Source: Naegleria gruberi (taxonomy: Eukaryota). From it: a DNA stretch of 64,000 nt. Shown here one piece after another: positions 9,509 through 22,813 of the stretch; position 1 is the stretch's first letter, and the number at the start of each line of letters is the position of its first letter. The DNA lies in assembly GCA_000004985.1 (NCBI GenBank), contig GG738845.1; one strand, given 5' to 3'. The position numbers and the translations under genes were made by a program. Below the pieces are notes generated by a model, which did not search any database, had not been told where the DNA came from, and saw only the letters and a list, made by a program, of their open reading frames with translations.

Positions 9509-11829
9509 ATGCTCTCATCAAAGTCTTCTGTTGCATCCATCAATTTGATGGATTGTCAAAAAGGTACGTCTGATAATCTAAATGATCGGAAATTGTTAAT
9601 CATATAAAAGAGAGTATTTTAAACATGTTAAATATTGAAGGCTACGATGCCATTACTAATACATCAAGTAAAAAGAAAAAGAAGAAAGCCAGTGGATCCA
9701 ATGATCATGTTCTTACGGGTCATGAATTAGGACATCAATTAACAGAACGAAAAGTACAACAGTGGAAAGTTTTAATTATGGATAAACATTGTTCAGAAAT
9801 TATTACTCCATTGTTCAAAGTTGGAGATTTGAGAGCAATGGGAGTGACTTTAATGTTGTAAGTTATTTTGTTGTGATTTGTGGATAATTGATTTAGACCT
9901 TTAGAAGAGAAGAGACAACCAATTGCAGATGCACCGGCCATTTATTTTGTTCAACCAACTCAACATAATATCGATCGCATTTGTAGTGATTGTGAAAGGG
10001 AGCTCTATGCCTCCTGTCATATTAATTTTTGCCATAGTAATTATAAAAGAGATATTTTGGAAAAGATGGCCACCAAATTGGTTCAAACTGAATCAACACA
10101 TTTACTTTCAAAAGTTTTGGATCAATTTGTTAATTATATTTGCCTAGAGAAGGATTTTTTCTCCTTACTAGGTTTGGATAATTGTTTATTACAACTTCAT
10201 GATCCAACCAAGAAGGAAGAGGAAATTAAATTAATTGTGGATCAAATAGCAAACGGAATTGCATCAGTTATTTTGTCTTCATCAAATGGAAAGAATAATA
10301 CCTCTGGAGGATTTGTAATGCCAATTATTGTCTGCCCCTCAGCTCAAGGAAAACCAGCCAGATTTATTGCCGAAGCTGTTGAAAAAACTCTGAGGAATTT
10401 GGCCCAATCACCTCTTCAAGAAAATCAAAAGAATGAAACAAGTGTTGATAAAAAGAAGAATAGGCCACTATTGATAATTATGGACAGAACAGTTGATTTT
10501 ACAGTTTGCTTACAACACCAATGGACATACCGTTCTATGATTCATGACATTTTCCAAATGAAATCCAATCAAGTTAAGGTTCCAATCAGAAAGAAGGTTT
10601 CTGAAAATTCATCCCCAGAACAGACCTATGAGATTGCTTTGGATGATGAATTTTGGATTGAAAATGCTACCAAACCATTCCAAGAAGTAGCTCAAAATGT
10701 AACAAACTATTTGGAAAAGCACAAAGCAAAATTGAACGAGTTTAACAAAAAATATGGATTAAATATGAGTGAGGAAGATGTTATGAAGTCATCATCAAGC
10801 ACTGAAGATTCTGGACTCAATAAGAATACTGTTGATGAAGTATTTGTCATGTCACAAGAAAGAACCAGAGTTGACATGCACACCAATATTGCCTATGCTA
10901 TCCTTCATGAGGTAAACAAGAGAAAATTAGATGAATTTGTTGCAATCGAAGAGGCTCTTATCACCAAACAATCAAAGATTGAATCCGCAGTCTTACACTC
11001 CCTGTTGAATGTTTCAGAGGAGGGTGAGCAAGAAAAAGGTACTTTGGAAGACAAGTTGAGACTCATTCTTGTATGCTATCTCTACATTATTCAACAAGAA
11101 AGATTAAACCAGGATCCTCAATTCATAACTCGCCAGGAATTAGAAAAATACGCACTTACCCTTCAACAACGAAGATTGAGCCAGGAAGGTCAAGAATTCA
11201 AGGGTGCAACAAATTTATCCCTTGAAAATATTTTACCTGAAATTGCATTCTTGAAACAAATGACACGACACATCAGTATGACAAGAGGTACTAATGAATC
11301 ATCACTCAGACACAATTCTTCTCTTGCCAATTTGACTAAAAAGTTTTCAATTTTGGGGGATCAAATTAAGAGTATTGCGTCAGGTCTCAATGAATATTAT
11401 GGTGAGGGATCAGAGTATAGAACTACCCTTCCTCTCACTAGAATTGTTGATGCCATAGTGAATAATACACCAAGAAAACTCTCAGAACATGAGGAGTTTG
11501 TATTTATTGATCCAAAACTCCCACCTTCCCAATCACTAATCAAAACTTATTCTAAATCTTCTCCTGAAACAAATACCAATACTACTCCTGGTATGAGAAT
11601 GGATGAAATTGGCCAATCTTCCCACAATGTATCAAATAATTCACAAGATGGATTCAGTGATGTGATTACCTTTGTTGTTGGTGGTGGTAATTATATGGAA
11701 TATTCAAATCTCCTCCAACACTTTATTGCCAAGAGTGGTACTTCCATTAATGTTACCTATGGATCTACAAATGTTTTGACTGGTGGACAATTTTTAAATG
11801 AAATTAGAGCCTTAGGGAGTAATAAATAA
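9509..11829 (+). CDS. SLY1: SLY1 / SCFD1 (Sec1-family ER-Golgi SM protein); three exons: 9509..9563, 9611..9857, 9897..11829
   Basis: Exon 1 encodes MLSSKSSVASINLMDCQK. After a GTACGT...AAAAG intron (9564..9610) the joined sequence reads ...CQKESILNMLNIEG, matching SCFD1 ...RQTVALKRMLNFN. The second intron GTAAGT...ATTTAG (9858..9896) gives GVTLMLPLEEKRQPIADAPAIYFVQPT, the hallmark Sly1 motif. The rest is a continuous Sec1-family ORF to 11829. Confidence 0.85.
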
Positions 11830-11882
11830 ATAGTGTTTCTGTAACAATTTAAGGTAAACAATTCTTTAATCAATACAGTTAT

Positions 11883-14800
11883 TTACAATCTTGGTTGACG
11901 AAGAGGAATTTCAGTATTTGGAAGTATGGACTTGTCTGTCTTTGGAGTTGTCTTTCTATATTGTTGCAATTCACCAACAAACTCGAACAACTTATCAATT
12001 TCATTATATGGTGGTAAGAGGGAAACAACAGACTCAGATTTTGGTGCATCCTTTGCTCCCTTCTTTGAAGTTGATTTTTCGACCTTGACAGTTGTTTGGA
12101 GAATACCCATCTTGTCAAAAATAGCAACAGTGTTGGAAAGAGTCTCAGATGAACATGCTTCATAGAAATGAACTTTTTGATCAAAGTAGAGTTTTTCAAT
12201 AAACCATTGCATTCTTTCAACAAGAGCCTTCTTTCTAAGTGTTGGAATTTCTTGTTCATTACCTGAGAATGGCAATGAAATAAGTGCCATGGAAGCTCCC
12301 CAATAGGCTTCAATGAAAGGCCACAATAATGAGCAAATAAATTTGAGATTTTCCAAATACAAGACTGGAATGAATACCTTTTCATCTTTGAGTTGGAAAA
12401 TACCTCTCTTTGACATGGCATTAATGACGCTCATGAAGTCATCATGTTCCTCAGGTCTTTCCTTATAAATGAATTCAAGAGAGAGAAGCTCATTCAAAAA
12501 TTCACATCTCTTTAACAATTCAGAAAGAGGAACGCCTTGGTCAATCATTAATTTTTCTCTGAATGAGTAGAATGAGCATGAGACAATACTTTCAACAAAG
12601 AATAGGTGAATAATTTGATTTCTATAATAGCTGAGTTCCAAAATCTTCTTATAGTCTGACTTGACTTCAATAGCTGGTTCTAACATGTTCTTATTCTTCT
12701 TGATAATATTATTGATCAATCCAAGAGCTCTGTTCACTACTGATGCTGTAGTTTGTGTCTTGGACCAGTAAACATTTCCTCCTCTTGAAATAATTTGATT
12801 CTTTAACCAATCGGTCTTGCTTTGTAATTCTTCCATACTAATACCTTCTCTATAGGTTAATAAAATTGTAGAAACGAGAGCAATAGGCATAATGACGACA
12901 GATTGATTCAAATCATAGGTAATCTTGGTACCAAGATTTTTAACAAGGGTATTCTTGTCATCATCTTGACCGAATGGATCGAATGAAGGAGATTCTGATT
13001 TCATATTTTCAACATAGTCCTTCAATGAAATTGGTTCAGCAATTTTGACATGAATGTCGCCATACTTTCTCAACAAGACAGAACTTGCAGAGATGAGAGC
13101 AGAGAGAGATTCTCCCTTCTTATTTCCTCCTAACAATTCTCTAGTATGTGATTCACTTTCAATAACCTTTTCATAACCAATATGAATAGGTACAAGTGTG
13201 AGGTTATCGACACGCTTGTCTAAATAAGTATCAGCAATGGTTTTCAAAAGTCCAAGTTTCGGTCTGAGAGTTTTGCCACCTCTTGAACGAGTACCTTCAA
13301 CAAAGAATTCAACAGGATTACCATCAACGAGTAAACGTTGAACATATTCAGAAAAGATGGCCTTATATACCTTGTCAGAACCGAAAGATCTTCTCATAAA
13401 GAAAGCACCCGAGTATCTGAATAAATCACGAACTAAAAACATGTTTAAAAAGTCTTCTCCAGCAGCAATGTGTGGAACTGGAACACCATATACAAAGAAA
13501 ACATAGGAAACAATTAAGAAATCAATATAACTTCTGTGAGTTGGAATGAATACAAGAGTTCCTGATTCTGCCTTTTTAGAAATTTCTTTCAATTTTTCAA
13601 TTTCATTTGTGTCGACCATAATAGATTGATACATTCTACGCCAAATCTTTCTTAAAATCCAACCAAATGCTCTAATTGCATTATTATTTGGGTCAGCAAA
13701 CATTTGGTCCATAATTTGGAGAGCTCTCTTTTCAACATTCATAACAGAAATGTTGAGAGTTTCAGCTTCAGATAATATGGCATCTTGTACAATTTTTGAT
13801 TGTAAAACTGTTTGTTTGACTTGTTCTCGGGTTTGACCATCAGTGAAACGGCCTGCAGCTGTAAATGCCAATTCTACATCATTATAGAGATTGTTAATGA
13901 AATTATACTCATTGGACTTGATCAAGTCAGTGGTGGTTGGTGGTTCAGGATTTTCCTTTAAAACAAACTTGTGGAGACCATAACAGAAATATTGGAAATA
14001 GGTGGACCAATTAATAAGACTCCAATCAAGAGTAAACAAGTCCTTTTCATTTTCTGGTAATCTGTGGAAAGCAGAATCCAAATTGGCAACATCAAAGAAC
14101 CATTCATTGAGGGTAAAGTGATGGAAATTTGAGGAGAGATTGGATTGACGGGAGGCCATCTTTTTAAATCCTTCTACAGCTTTAACTGCAGCCTTGCTTC
14201 CAAAAATAGTGGCAATCAACCCATATAATTGAATCATCCAAGTGTATCTCATCAAGTATTGTGTCTTGTAGAAGAATCTATTTGTAATCATATTAAATTC
14301 AGCTCTTGAAACACTCTTATCAGGTTGGTGAGTGTGCCAATATCCTAAAAAAAGTTAATAGAATAAGAATATATAAACTTACTGAGTGTTCCTGTGACAG
14401 TATCTTGCCATCTGCCTGGATTAGATGTGGAAGTACCACAATGGTAAACTCTCAAACTTGATTTTCTTGTTGCAATATCAGCTGGACAAATAATCATGGC
14501 ATTGGAAACAAAATCAACTGGAACTTGATCTGATACAACCTTAGTGTTACCAGGAAGCAAGTGAATAATACCAAGACCACTAAACAAGTAAACAGAACCA
14601 CCTGCAGATACAGCATCAATCCAACCAGGAACAGGATCTCTCAATGCAGCACCCACAATGGTTGGTCTCAAAATTGCAACATTGACATCTCCCTTATATT
14701 TGGCAACAAGTGCTTCACCAATTCTCTTAGTGATGGTATAGGTATTTGGATAACCTGTAAAGGCCAATGCCTTTACAGTTGCCTTTTCAATTTCTTTTGG

Positions 14801-15592
14801 TGATAATTTTCTAATTCTTTCACAAAATGCTTCAATATCTTCACCACCTGGTAATTTAAGAGGATAGAATTTTTCATCAACTCTACTTCCTGATTTCATA
14901 TTTGAGTTTGTATAGGCAGTTGAGATGTGAGTAAATGCTTCAATATTGTGACATTGTTTAGCAAAGTTCAAACATCTCAAAGGACCATAAGCATTCAAAT
15001 TAATGGCATAGTCCAATCTTTCCGTAAATCCGATAGTTGCAGCACTGTGAATAATAACTTGAATTTCTTTTTTCAATTGTTCAATCTTATCTAAGGTAGA
15101 TCCTACAAAGATATTTTCTTCTGTAACATCTCCAAATACTCCTTCAACTTTCTCTCTTGCAAATACTTCAAAATCTTCACGTTTTCCATTAAATCTTTCC
15201 CTTATTATTCTATCCATAATGGGTGATCTCAAAATTTCTGTAATCAATCTTTCTTCTGGTGGAATTACTTTTCCAGTCTTTCTATCCTTTTTTTCACGTA
15301 CTAACAAGTATAATTTCCTAATATTTGGAAGACATCTCAAAAACTTTTCAACAACAACCTTTCCTAAAAATCCTGTACAGCCAGTACAGAAAACAGTCTT
15401 GTTATTATAATATTCAGTTAAAGATAATGGAGCTGAAGAAGTGTAATCATCATGATGGGTTGAATTCAACAAATCGGAATAGGTATAAAAAGTATAATCA
15501 TCAGTATGACCTTGTTTTTTAGAAAAGGAAGCAAAGTATGAATTCATTGTTATCTTGATATTCTCTGAATCGGAGTTTAAATTTGAACACAA
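11883..15592 (-). CDS. Fused fatty acyl-CoA reductase (FAR) / dihydroxyacetone-phosphate acyltransferase (DHAPAT/GNPAT) ether-lipid enzyme. Two exons: about 14382..15592 and 11883..14343, with a 38-nt GTAAGT...TTTTTTAG intron
   Basis: The upstream part has the FAR NAD-binding motif FCTGCTGFLGKVVVEKFL. The track starts it at TTG 15592; the likely ATG is at MNSYFASF. The downstream part begins inside the FAR_C (sterile) domain (YTWMIQLYGLIATIF) and carries the acyltransferase H-box PTHRSYIDFLIVSY and the FVEGTRSRGGK box typical of GNPAT. The two ORFs differ in frame by exactly the amount a 38-nt intron removes. The C-terminus ends ...QPRL, a possible PTS1-like peroxisomal signal. Confidence 0.8.
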
Positions 15593-16061
15593 TGTTGATG
15601 CAGTGTGTGAAAATATTTAACAACTTGATTATGTCCACAAGCAACAATAACGGGTTGTGAAGATAATATTTATGAACGACGATATGATTTTATGGACGGA
15701 AAATAATATTTGGTCCGAAACACACACTCAGTAAATTGTTGAGGTAATTTTTTTATGTTAATAATATGATGAAGATTCTAAAATGATTTTCTCAACTGCG
15801 AGAATAAAAGAAAGGAAAAAGAAAACCACCTCATCAGTTATTCTCTTTTACAAAATTCAAAATAGATGGCATACTTTAATTGGAAAGTAATATTTTGTAA
15901 ATTGCCTTCAATTTTTTTACTTGTTTACAAAAATAAAGAATGGTCCATGTTGATGAAATAACCAAAGCCCTTTCTTCCCATTGCAGAAACACCATTATCA
16001 AAACAGGTACCGTACTACTAGTCAGTAAAATACAGCTGAACATTCATTCACAACCAAACTA

Positions 16062-19000
16062 TTGCGAAGATTGTTACTGTTACACAATACCGCCATAACA
16101 ACAACATTAAAAAAAACAAATCTCTCCAAAGAGCTTAAAATGCTTGATGAGGTTTCTTCATCAGAAACCTACCAACCACTTCATGTCATGACGAGATTAA
16201 GGCCATCAACAATACCCTCCAACTCCCATACATCATCTAATAATCCATCATCACCATTAACTCCTTCTACTAGTAATCCTCTTGAAACGGGTGCACGACG
16301 TCCAACGTTTTTTGGCGATATTGCTAAAAGTGCCCTTTCAACTCCAACAACCACACAAGCTGGAAAATTAAACATTATTGGAGCTCTCCTTTCTCATGAT
16401 ACATTGGATAGTGATAACAATTCAGATTCTTCGTCCCGATCTTCATCACCCATTCCTGTCAGATTAAGGAAGGATAATGCAGCTAATTTAACTAGGAGAA
16501 GAAGGAAAACTGATGCTCCACTTCCAGTTCCCATTTCATCTTCTCCACCAACAGCGTCCTCTCCCACAACAATTAATACATCAACAAATAATGAGGCATT
16601 TGGCTCCAACCTCCTTAATTTTGCAGAGTCACAAGAGGAAACCAAACGTCTAGTTGCATCCTTACAAAGAACTGAGGATATATCAATAACTTTGGATGAT
16701 TCGGCAAGTACTGTAAATGTGAATAATATGATTTATGTAAAAATGGATTATGCAAAAACTCAAGTAGAGGAAATTATGAACAAGTTCTCAAATGCCAAGC
16801 AAGAATTCAAAGAAAAGACTAAGAAACTTCAAAAACATTTCGAAAAACAAGACAATGAAAAGATGGCCAAGATTCAGAGTTTCATGGAGGAATTCAATGA
16901 CAAATATATATCCATGCAAAAAAGATACCAAGAAACACTCTTAAAAAAGTATAAGGAAAAAATTGAAGAATTGGGTGGAAAAGTTAAAGCATATGCATCT
17001 GAAAAGGATGATCTAAGAGACCGACTTGTGTCAGAAACAACAAAGTATTACGAGGACATGAGAGTACACGTTTCTAGTTTTGAGAAAATTATTTCTGGAA
17101 TAGAGGCAAAGGAGAAGAAGCGATCAGATGAATACATTTTAGAACAACGTGCAGTTTGCAACAAACAAATTGAAGGAGCTCAAGCACAATTGACAAAATC
17201 CATAAGTGTACAAAAAAAGTTATTCTTTGGATTAGTCAATTATATAAGGAAAAAAGAGAAGGAATGTTTGAAACTAGGAAATGATTTGGATGAAAGCAAA
17301 TTAAATGCTGCAAATCTAAAACAACAATGTGAAAAACTACAATCATGTATCAAAGAAGGAGAAAATAGAGAAAAAGACTATCAAGTTATTGTAAATAAGC
17401 AAAAAGACAAAATAATTGAATTGGGAAAACGATTGGATTTTTATATATCCAAAACATTTTCCGATTCAAATGTAAATACTGACTTAACAATACGAGATTT
17501 GGAAAATCAAGAAATGAAATCATCAAACAAAACGAAAGAAAATGAAAAAATCAGGAAACATGCTAAAAATCAAGCAGATACTATTAAGGGACTAGAGAAT
17601 CAGAAAACCTCTTTGGAAGATAACATCCAAAAATTATCGAGTGCTATTTCTAATTTCCAACAAGAAATTGAATCTTTAAAGATGAAAATAGAAAAGGAAA
17701 TGGAAGCCAATAATTCTTTGCAGGAAACTAGAAAGCAATTAGAGGTAAAGATAACGGAGCTAACGAGAAAGGACGCTTTAACGAAGGATATTTTGAAAAA
17801 TCAAAAACAAAAAATATCAACCTTGGAGACTCAGTTAACTTCTTCTGTACCAGCTCAAGATGCAAATAATATTTTGGACAGTTTAAGGAAAGATGTGCAA
17901 ACTGAAAGAGAGGAAAAACAACACCTTCAAACTTTGATTATTGAGAAGGAATCACTTATTAGTTCGATAGAAACAAAATATGGCGATGCGGTAAGCAAGT
18001 ACAGAGATTTGGATCTAAAATTCCATAAGATGGAGGAGGAATTCATGAGTCAAGTAAAGAACCTCAAGGAAGAAGCCAAAAACAAGCTTGGAAGTTTGAT
18101 TCCTACCATTATAGAAAAAGTTGTTCCTCCTGAACAAAAAATTACATTGGCTCATAGTTCACAAACAGAGGAAGTTTTTATTGAGCAGAAAGAGTTAGAT
18201 GATTTTAAAAGCAAAGTACAGCTTTTGGAAAAGGATTTACAAGACTCAAACCTTCAAATTACTGACCTCAATAATAATATTGCTCAAATAACGAGAGAGT
18301 TTGCAATGAAAGAATCAACATTAATTTTCGAGGCAAAGGAGAGGGAAAACCAACTAACTTTGGAATACAAAGAAAGAGAATCAAAATTAATTTCGAATTT
18401 TAAGGAAAATGAACACAGAATTAAAACTCAATTCAGCGAAAAGGAAATGGTTCTAATTTCCCAGTTTACTGAAAGGGAGCAAAAACTAAATTCAGAATTT
18501 AAGGAAACTCAACAAAGAATGCAGAGTGAATTTGAGGAATCCCAACAAAGAATACAGGCCTCGTTTAATGACACTCAACAAAGAATGCAGGACTCATTTA
18601 ATGAAAGAGAAACTAAACTAGAAACAGAATTTACACAAGCAAAAACGCTTTTGGAAGGTGATAATGAATTGTTAAAAAATGAAGTGGCAAGTTTAAACAA
18701 CTCTATTTGCGAAAAAACAGCTCTAATATCACAATTAGAGAGACAACTTTCACTTTCACAAACAGAGCTGGATGGATATCAAAAGTTTGGCAGTGAAACC
18801 ATAGATTTTGAAAAAAAGGAGATGGTTATTAGGCATTTCAATTCACTAAAGAGAGAGTTAGAAATACTGAAAGCAGAAATAGAATTGAGGAAATCTGTCG
18901 AAGAGGAATTAAGAGAGGAGATTGAACGGTTGAAAAAGGATGTAGGTTTAACAAACGGAAAATACAGAAATCTGCTCAATCAATCCCATTTTAGGCGCTT

Positions 19001-19484
19001 GGAGAATAATACAGGTACAGTCAGTTTTGAGGAAGAGATGGACCGTCTAACTGTTGAAAACAAGCAAATAACTGAGACAAACAAACTTCTTGAACTTCAA
19101 ATAGCAAGTTTCTCCAAGGACGTTTATTTTGAAGAGAGCCAAAAGTTTCAACAATTATATTTGGCTGAGAGAGAAAAAACGAACAAACTGTCAGCTCAAT
19201 GTAAACAGTTTGTACTAAAAATTACAGAGCAAGAGCAATACATAGAAAGTTTGAGTTCAAAATGTGAAAGAGCTTTTGATGACATTGCAAGAGAGAGACA
19301 ACGAACTGAAGTAGCCCTCAGATTAGTAAAAAAAGGACATAAGGAAAAGGAGGAATTTTTGATTGAAATAGAAAACCTGAAACATCAGTTCGAAGTTGCT
19401 CTTGATGTTTTAAGGAGAAATCAATTTGAACAAGAGTTTTATAGAATGCTAAAGAAGAGCACTTTAATTAAAGGAATCTTGTAA
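16062..19484 (+). CDS. Large coiled-coil protein (Ser/Thr/Pro-rich N-terminal region, about 900-residue heptad-repeat rod), function unknown
   Basis: 1140-aa ORF. The true ATG may be MLDEVSSS at about 16140. The long K/E/Q/L-rich heptad region contains a roughly 11-residue tandem module ([57 protein letters not shown]...). Confidence 0.5.
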   Translation: MRRLLLLHNTAITTTLKKTNLSKELKMLDEVSSSETYQPLHVMTRLRPSTIPSNSHTSSNNPSSPLTPSTSNPLETGARRPTFFGDIAKSALSTPTTTQAGKLNIIGALLSHDTLDSDNNSDSSSRSSSPIPVRLRKDNAANLTRRRRKTDAPLPVPISSSPPTASSPTTINTSTNNEAFGSNLLNFAESQEETKRLVASLQRTEDISITLDDSASTVNVNNMIYVKMDYAKTQVEEIMNKFSNAKQEFKEKTKKLQKHFEKQDNEKMAKIQSFMEEFNDKYISMQKRYQETLLKKYKEKIEELGGKVKAYASEKDDLRDRLVSETTKYYEDMRVHVSSFEKIISGIEAKEKKRSDEYILEQRAVCNKQIEGAQAQLTKSISVQKKLFFGLVNYIRKKEKECLKLGNDLDESKLNAANLKQQCEKLQSCIKEGENREKDYQVIVNKQKDKIIELGKRLDFYISKTFSDSNVNTDLTIRDLENQEMKSSNKTKENEKIRKHAKNQADTIKGLENQKTSLEDNIQKLSSAISNFQQEIESLKMKIEKEMEANNSLQETRKQLEVKITELTRKDALTKDILKNQKQKISTLETQLTSSVPAQDANNILDSLRKDVQTEREEKQHLQTLIIEKESLISSIETKYGDAVSKYRDLDLKFHKMEEEFMSQVKNLKEEAKNKLGSLIPTIIEKVVPPEQKITLAHSSQTEEVFIEQKELDDFKSKVQLLEKDLQDSNLQITDLNNNIAQITREFAMKESTLIFEAKERENQLTLEYKERESKLISNFKENEHRIKTQFSEKEMVLISQFTEREQKLNSEFKETQQRMQSEFEESQQRIQASFNDTQQRMQDSFNERETKLETEFTQAKTLLEGDNELLKNEVASLNNSICEKTALISQLERQLSLSQTELDGYQKFGSETIDFEKKEMVIRHFNSLKRELEILKAEIELRKSVEEELREEIERLKKDVGLTNGKYRNLLNQSHFRRLENNTGTVSFEEEMDRLTVENKQITETNKLLELQIASFSKDVYFEESQKFQQLYLAEREKTNKLSAQCKQFVLKITEQEQYIESLSSKCERAFDDIARERQRTEVALRLVKKGHKEKEEFLIEIENLKHQFEVALDVLRRNQFEQEFYRMLKKSTLIKGIL

Positions 19485-22400
19485 TGATTCGTAGCGTTCT
19501 AGGTCAACAGCTGAAACAGAAGGAGTAATATTATTGAATGCCTTTTCAAAATCATCTTGACATACAACAATTTGGTGTGATTGCTTATTGGAAATGTCAC
19601 CCTCACTAGTTTCCCTGCTTACAGCATTCATAAAAGCGTCTGTGCAAATAGCATAAAAATCGGCTCCTGTTAGATTAAATTCTCTGTTTTGTAGAAGTAT
19701 TTTCAAGTTTACATCATTTGCAAGGTTGAATTTTCTTGTGAGAGCATGTAAAACTTTGAGTTGACCTTCATGTGTCTTTGAAACTCCCAAATAAACTAAT
19801 CTCTCAAATCTTCCCGGTCTTAAAAGAGCGGGATCAATCAAATCTGGTCTATTGGTTGCACCAATCACGAAAACTCCCTTATTAGATGTAGAATCCTTCT
19901 CATCATCTGAGGCATTAGAAATATCATCCAATTCAGCCAACAATTGGGAAACGACTCTATCACTAACACCTCCAGAATCGCCACTAGCACCTCTATTTGG
20001 TGCAAGAGCATCTAATTCATCGAAGAATATAACACATGGTTTTGCTTGGCGTGCTCTTTCGAATACAAGTCTAACATTTCTTTCACTTTCACCAACATAC
20101 GCATTAATTAACTCGGGTCCTTTAACACTCATGAAATTCAATTGACATTCAGTTGCTACTGCTTTTGCAAGAAGAGTCTTACCACAGCCTGGTGGACCAT
20201 ACCTTTGTACCATATTGATATAAAATTGTGAAATAAAAATTATTACTTACAATAAGACACCACTTCTTGTTTTGAGATTTGAGTGGGATTGGAGAGGTGA
20301 TTGAATGATATCAAGAATTTCCTGTTTTGCATGTTCTAAACCACCAATATCTTGCCATTTTACAGTTGGGATAGATAAGTTGGTTGTACTACCTGCATCC
20401 TTGCCTGCTACGGCATATTTTTTTAACCATTTCATTCCTCCATTCACAAAATGTTTGTGAGATAGGGTGGATGTGTAAACTAAAGATGAAACTTTTGATT
20501 GTTGTTGGTACTTGTTGACATGTTGAAGCGATTCTATTATGGCTTGTGTCTTGGAGATTTGAACGATATTGTTCAGGTCATGCACAGAGCATCCACTGGT
20601 TTGTTTAACAATCTGTGAGGTTGACAAATCAATATTACAAATTGATTTGATATCAGTAGTATTCTTTCTAAAGAATAAATCTCTCTCCTCTTCACTCAAG
20701 TTTCTTCTAAATTCAATCTTGGTTAGGAATATATTTCTGAATACTGGACTTAGCAAATCTAAGGATGAAACACTTGGAATGAATATCATAGGGTAAGGAT
20801 TATTCTTTGATTTGAGAGATTGTTTGAGACATTTAACAATTCTAATCTTGGAATGTTGCTTGATGTTGGTACCTCCATTATTATTGTTGCTCAATTGATC
20901 AAAGGCTTGGAAGTGCTTAATGTAGAGTACACAAGGAGTACATTGTTTGGCAAGTGTAAAACATTGAGCAAGATTTTGGGCTGTAATGGCATCTGATTCA
21001 TTGATAATTTCAAAAGCATTAATTTCTATAAGATGGAATCCATACTTGGTACAAATAGAATGAACAGCATGAGTTTTTCCTGAGCCCTCCTCGCCATAAA
21101 TTAAAAAGTGTTGTTGAACTAGATTCTTTTGGCTTGATCTATTTGGCTGTTTGTGAATGGAAATGATTGGCTCGATGGCTTTGCAAAGTTTTTTGAAACC
21201 ACTCACTTGATTTTCATAGTCCTCATTGATATCTGATGGTATGTATCCCCTTACAGGTTGGGCATTGGTAATGACAGCAGTTTCTGTATTATCAATGATG
21301 AGTGTTTCATCTGAATCAACACCCAATTCGAGTGTATCAACTCTATAACCAGTATAGTCTCCATGAATTGGATCCAATCTTTTGCTTGCTTCCAATTGTG
21401 CCAAAACTTGAATCTGAACTGACTCCTCAGATTTAATAAAATCAATATTTGGATTCTCCACTAACACAATATCATTCTTACGTAATGCTCTCTTATGATT
21501 TGTAAAAAAGATTTCTAATTGTTTCTCGAAAAGTTGTTGTTCCAGTTTTTGTTCTTCCTCTGTTCCTTCTGTAAGTGTATTTCCGAAATGATTTGGACTT
21601 TGTATTGGTGTGAGAACAATTTTAGAAGCTACCTTTGGAGCATTTTGGTTGGACATTATTTGAATACGTGTTGGCTTGCCGAGATTAAAGTACAATGATT
21701 TAGTCAATATTATATCATCCTCAACACCATGAATGACACAAATTAAAGAACTGTGTGTATTATTCAACTTCACCCAACTATTATCAAAGCAATTGAGAGA
21801 GGCAAATAGTTTGGAACTCAGTAATACCATGGAGAGTGGATCTGCAGACAAGATTTGCTCTATGTTTTCATTGACACATTTTTCAAGATAACCACGGAAG
21901 GTTTCTGTAGTAACCGATTTGATATTTGTGGTTGAAATTGTGATTTGATTTTTCATTGCTATAAAATCAGAAGATAACATTTCTTCTAGGGAATCATTTC
22001 CCAATAATTCCATTTCAATATTTGATAAATTATAGATACGATCTGGCACACTTGCACCAGGTGTATTGAATAGAATGACCTTGGTCTTTTCATCAATTAA
22101 TCCTTGTCGAGTTGGAGTTGTATCAACAATTTGAAACAACAATTTTCCTTCATCAATAATACTAAAAGTATGAAACCTGGTCAATAATGTTGATATTTGT
22201 TTTTTGGTAAAATGTAAAAATTCATATTCATTCTCTGAAATCCAATCTTGTACATTGTTATCATTTTCTGAAATAATTGCTTGCACAATAATTTGCTCCA
22301 AAATAGGAATATTAGATTTTTCAATAATTTGAATATCAATAGATATAACAAATCCCTCCTCAACTACATGATCCAATAGATTTTCCAAATAATCATTTCC

Positions 22401-22619
22401 AACCAAAAATTCTATTATTTTGTTGTTATCACTATTTGTTGGCTTGTTATTCATTATTGTTAGTAATGTTTGCTCGGAAACAAGAGCTTCTGTCATGAAA
22501 GTCTCATTCACTAACAAGTACACTGATTTATCACTGCTACTACTAACAGTATTATTCATTGACTTTTCCACCAATTTATGACAATTCAGGTGGGAGACTT
22601 TCTCTAGGGTTGCTTTCAT
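19464..22619 (-). CDS. PEX6: Peroxin PEX6 (type II AAA ATPase). Two exons: 20251..22619 and 19464..20202, with a 48-nt GTAAGT...ACAAAG intron
   Basis: The D2 AAA domain [73 protein letters not shown]...[10 protein letters not shown]...[31 protein letters not shown]...[11 protein letters not shown] is near-identical in pattern to PEX6 D2. The D1 Walker A upstream is degenerate ([10 protein letters not shown]). The junction reads ...RSGVLL|YGPPG after the in-phase intron is removed. Confidence 0.85.
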
Positions 22620-22813
22620 TTTTTTAACTTGATGATTCTCTAGTCAGCCACAACATTGAACATCAATCGAAGGAAATAAAATTGATTGAAACCTAAAGAT
22701 TTATAAAACCAAACTTATTCTATTTATTTGATTGTTATTAATTTATTGTTTTGACATCATTAGGATTGAATTTATTATTTTAATTATTCAAAATTTGTAA
22801 AAAGAATAAAAAA

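Noticed and set aside
15592-19464. Functional peroxisome gene cluster (FAR-DHAPAT next to PEX6)
   Set aside because: The two genes are separated by an unrelated 3.4-kb coiled-coil gene and sit on a gene-dense chromosome. Co-localisation is most likely coincidental, and eukaryotic genes are not generally organised by pathway. Kept only as a remark within the FAR-DHAPAT finding.
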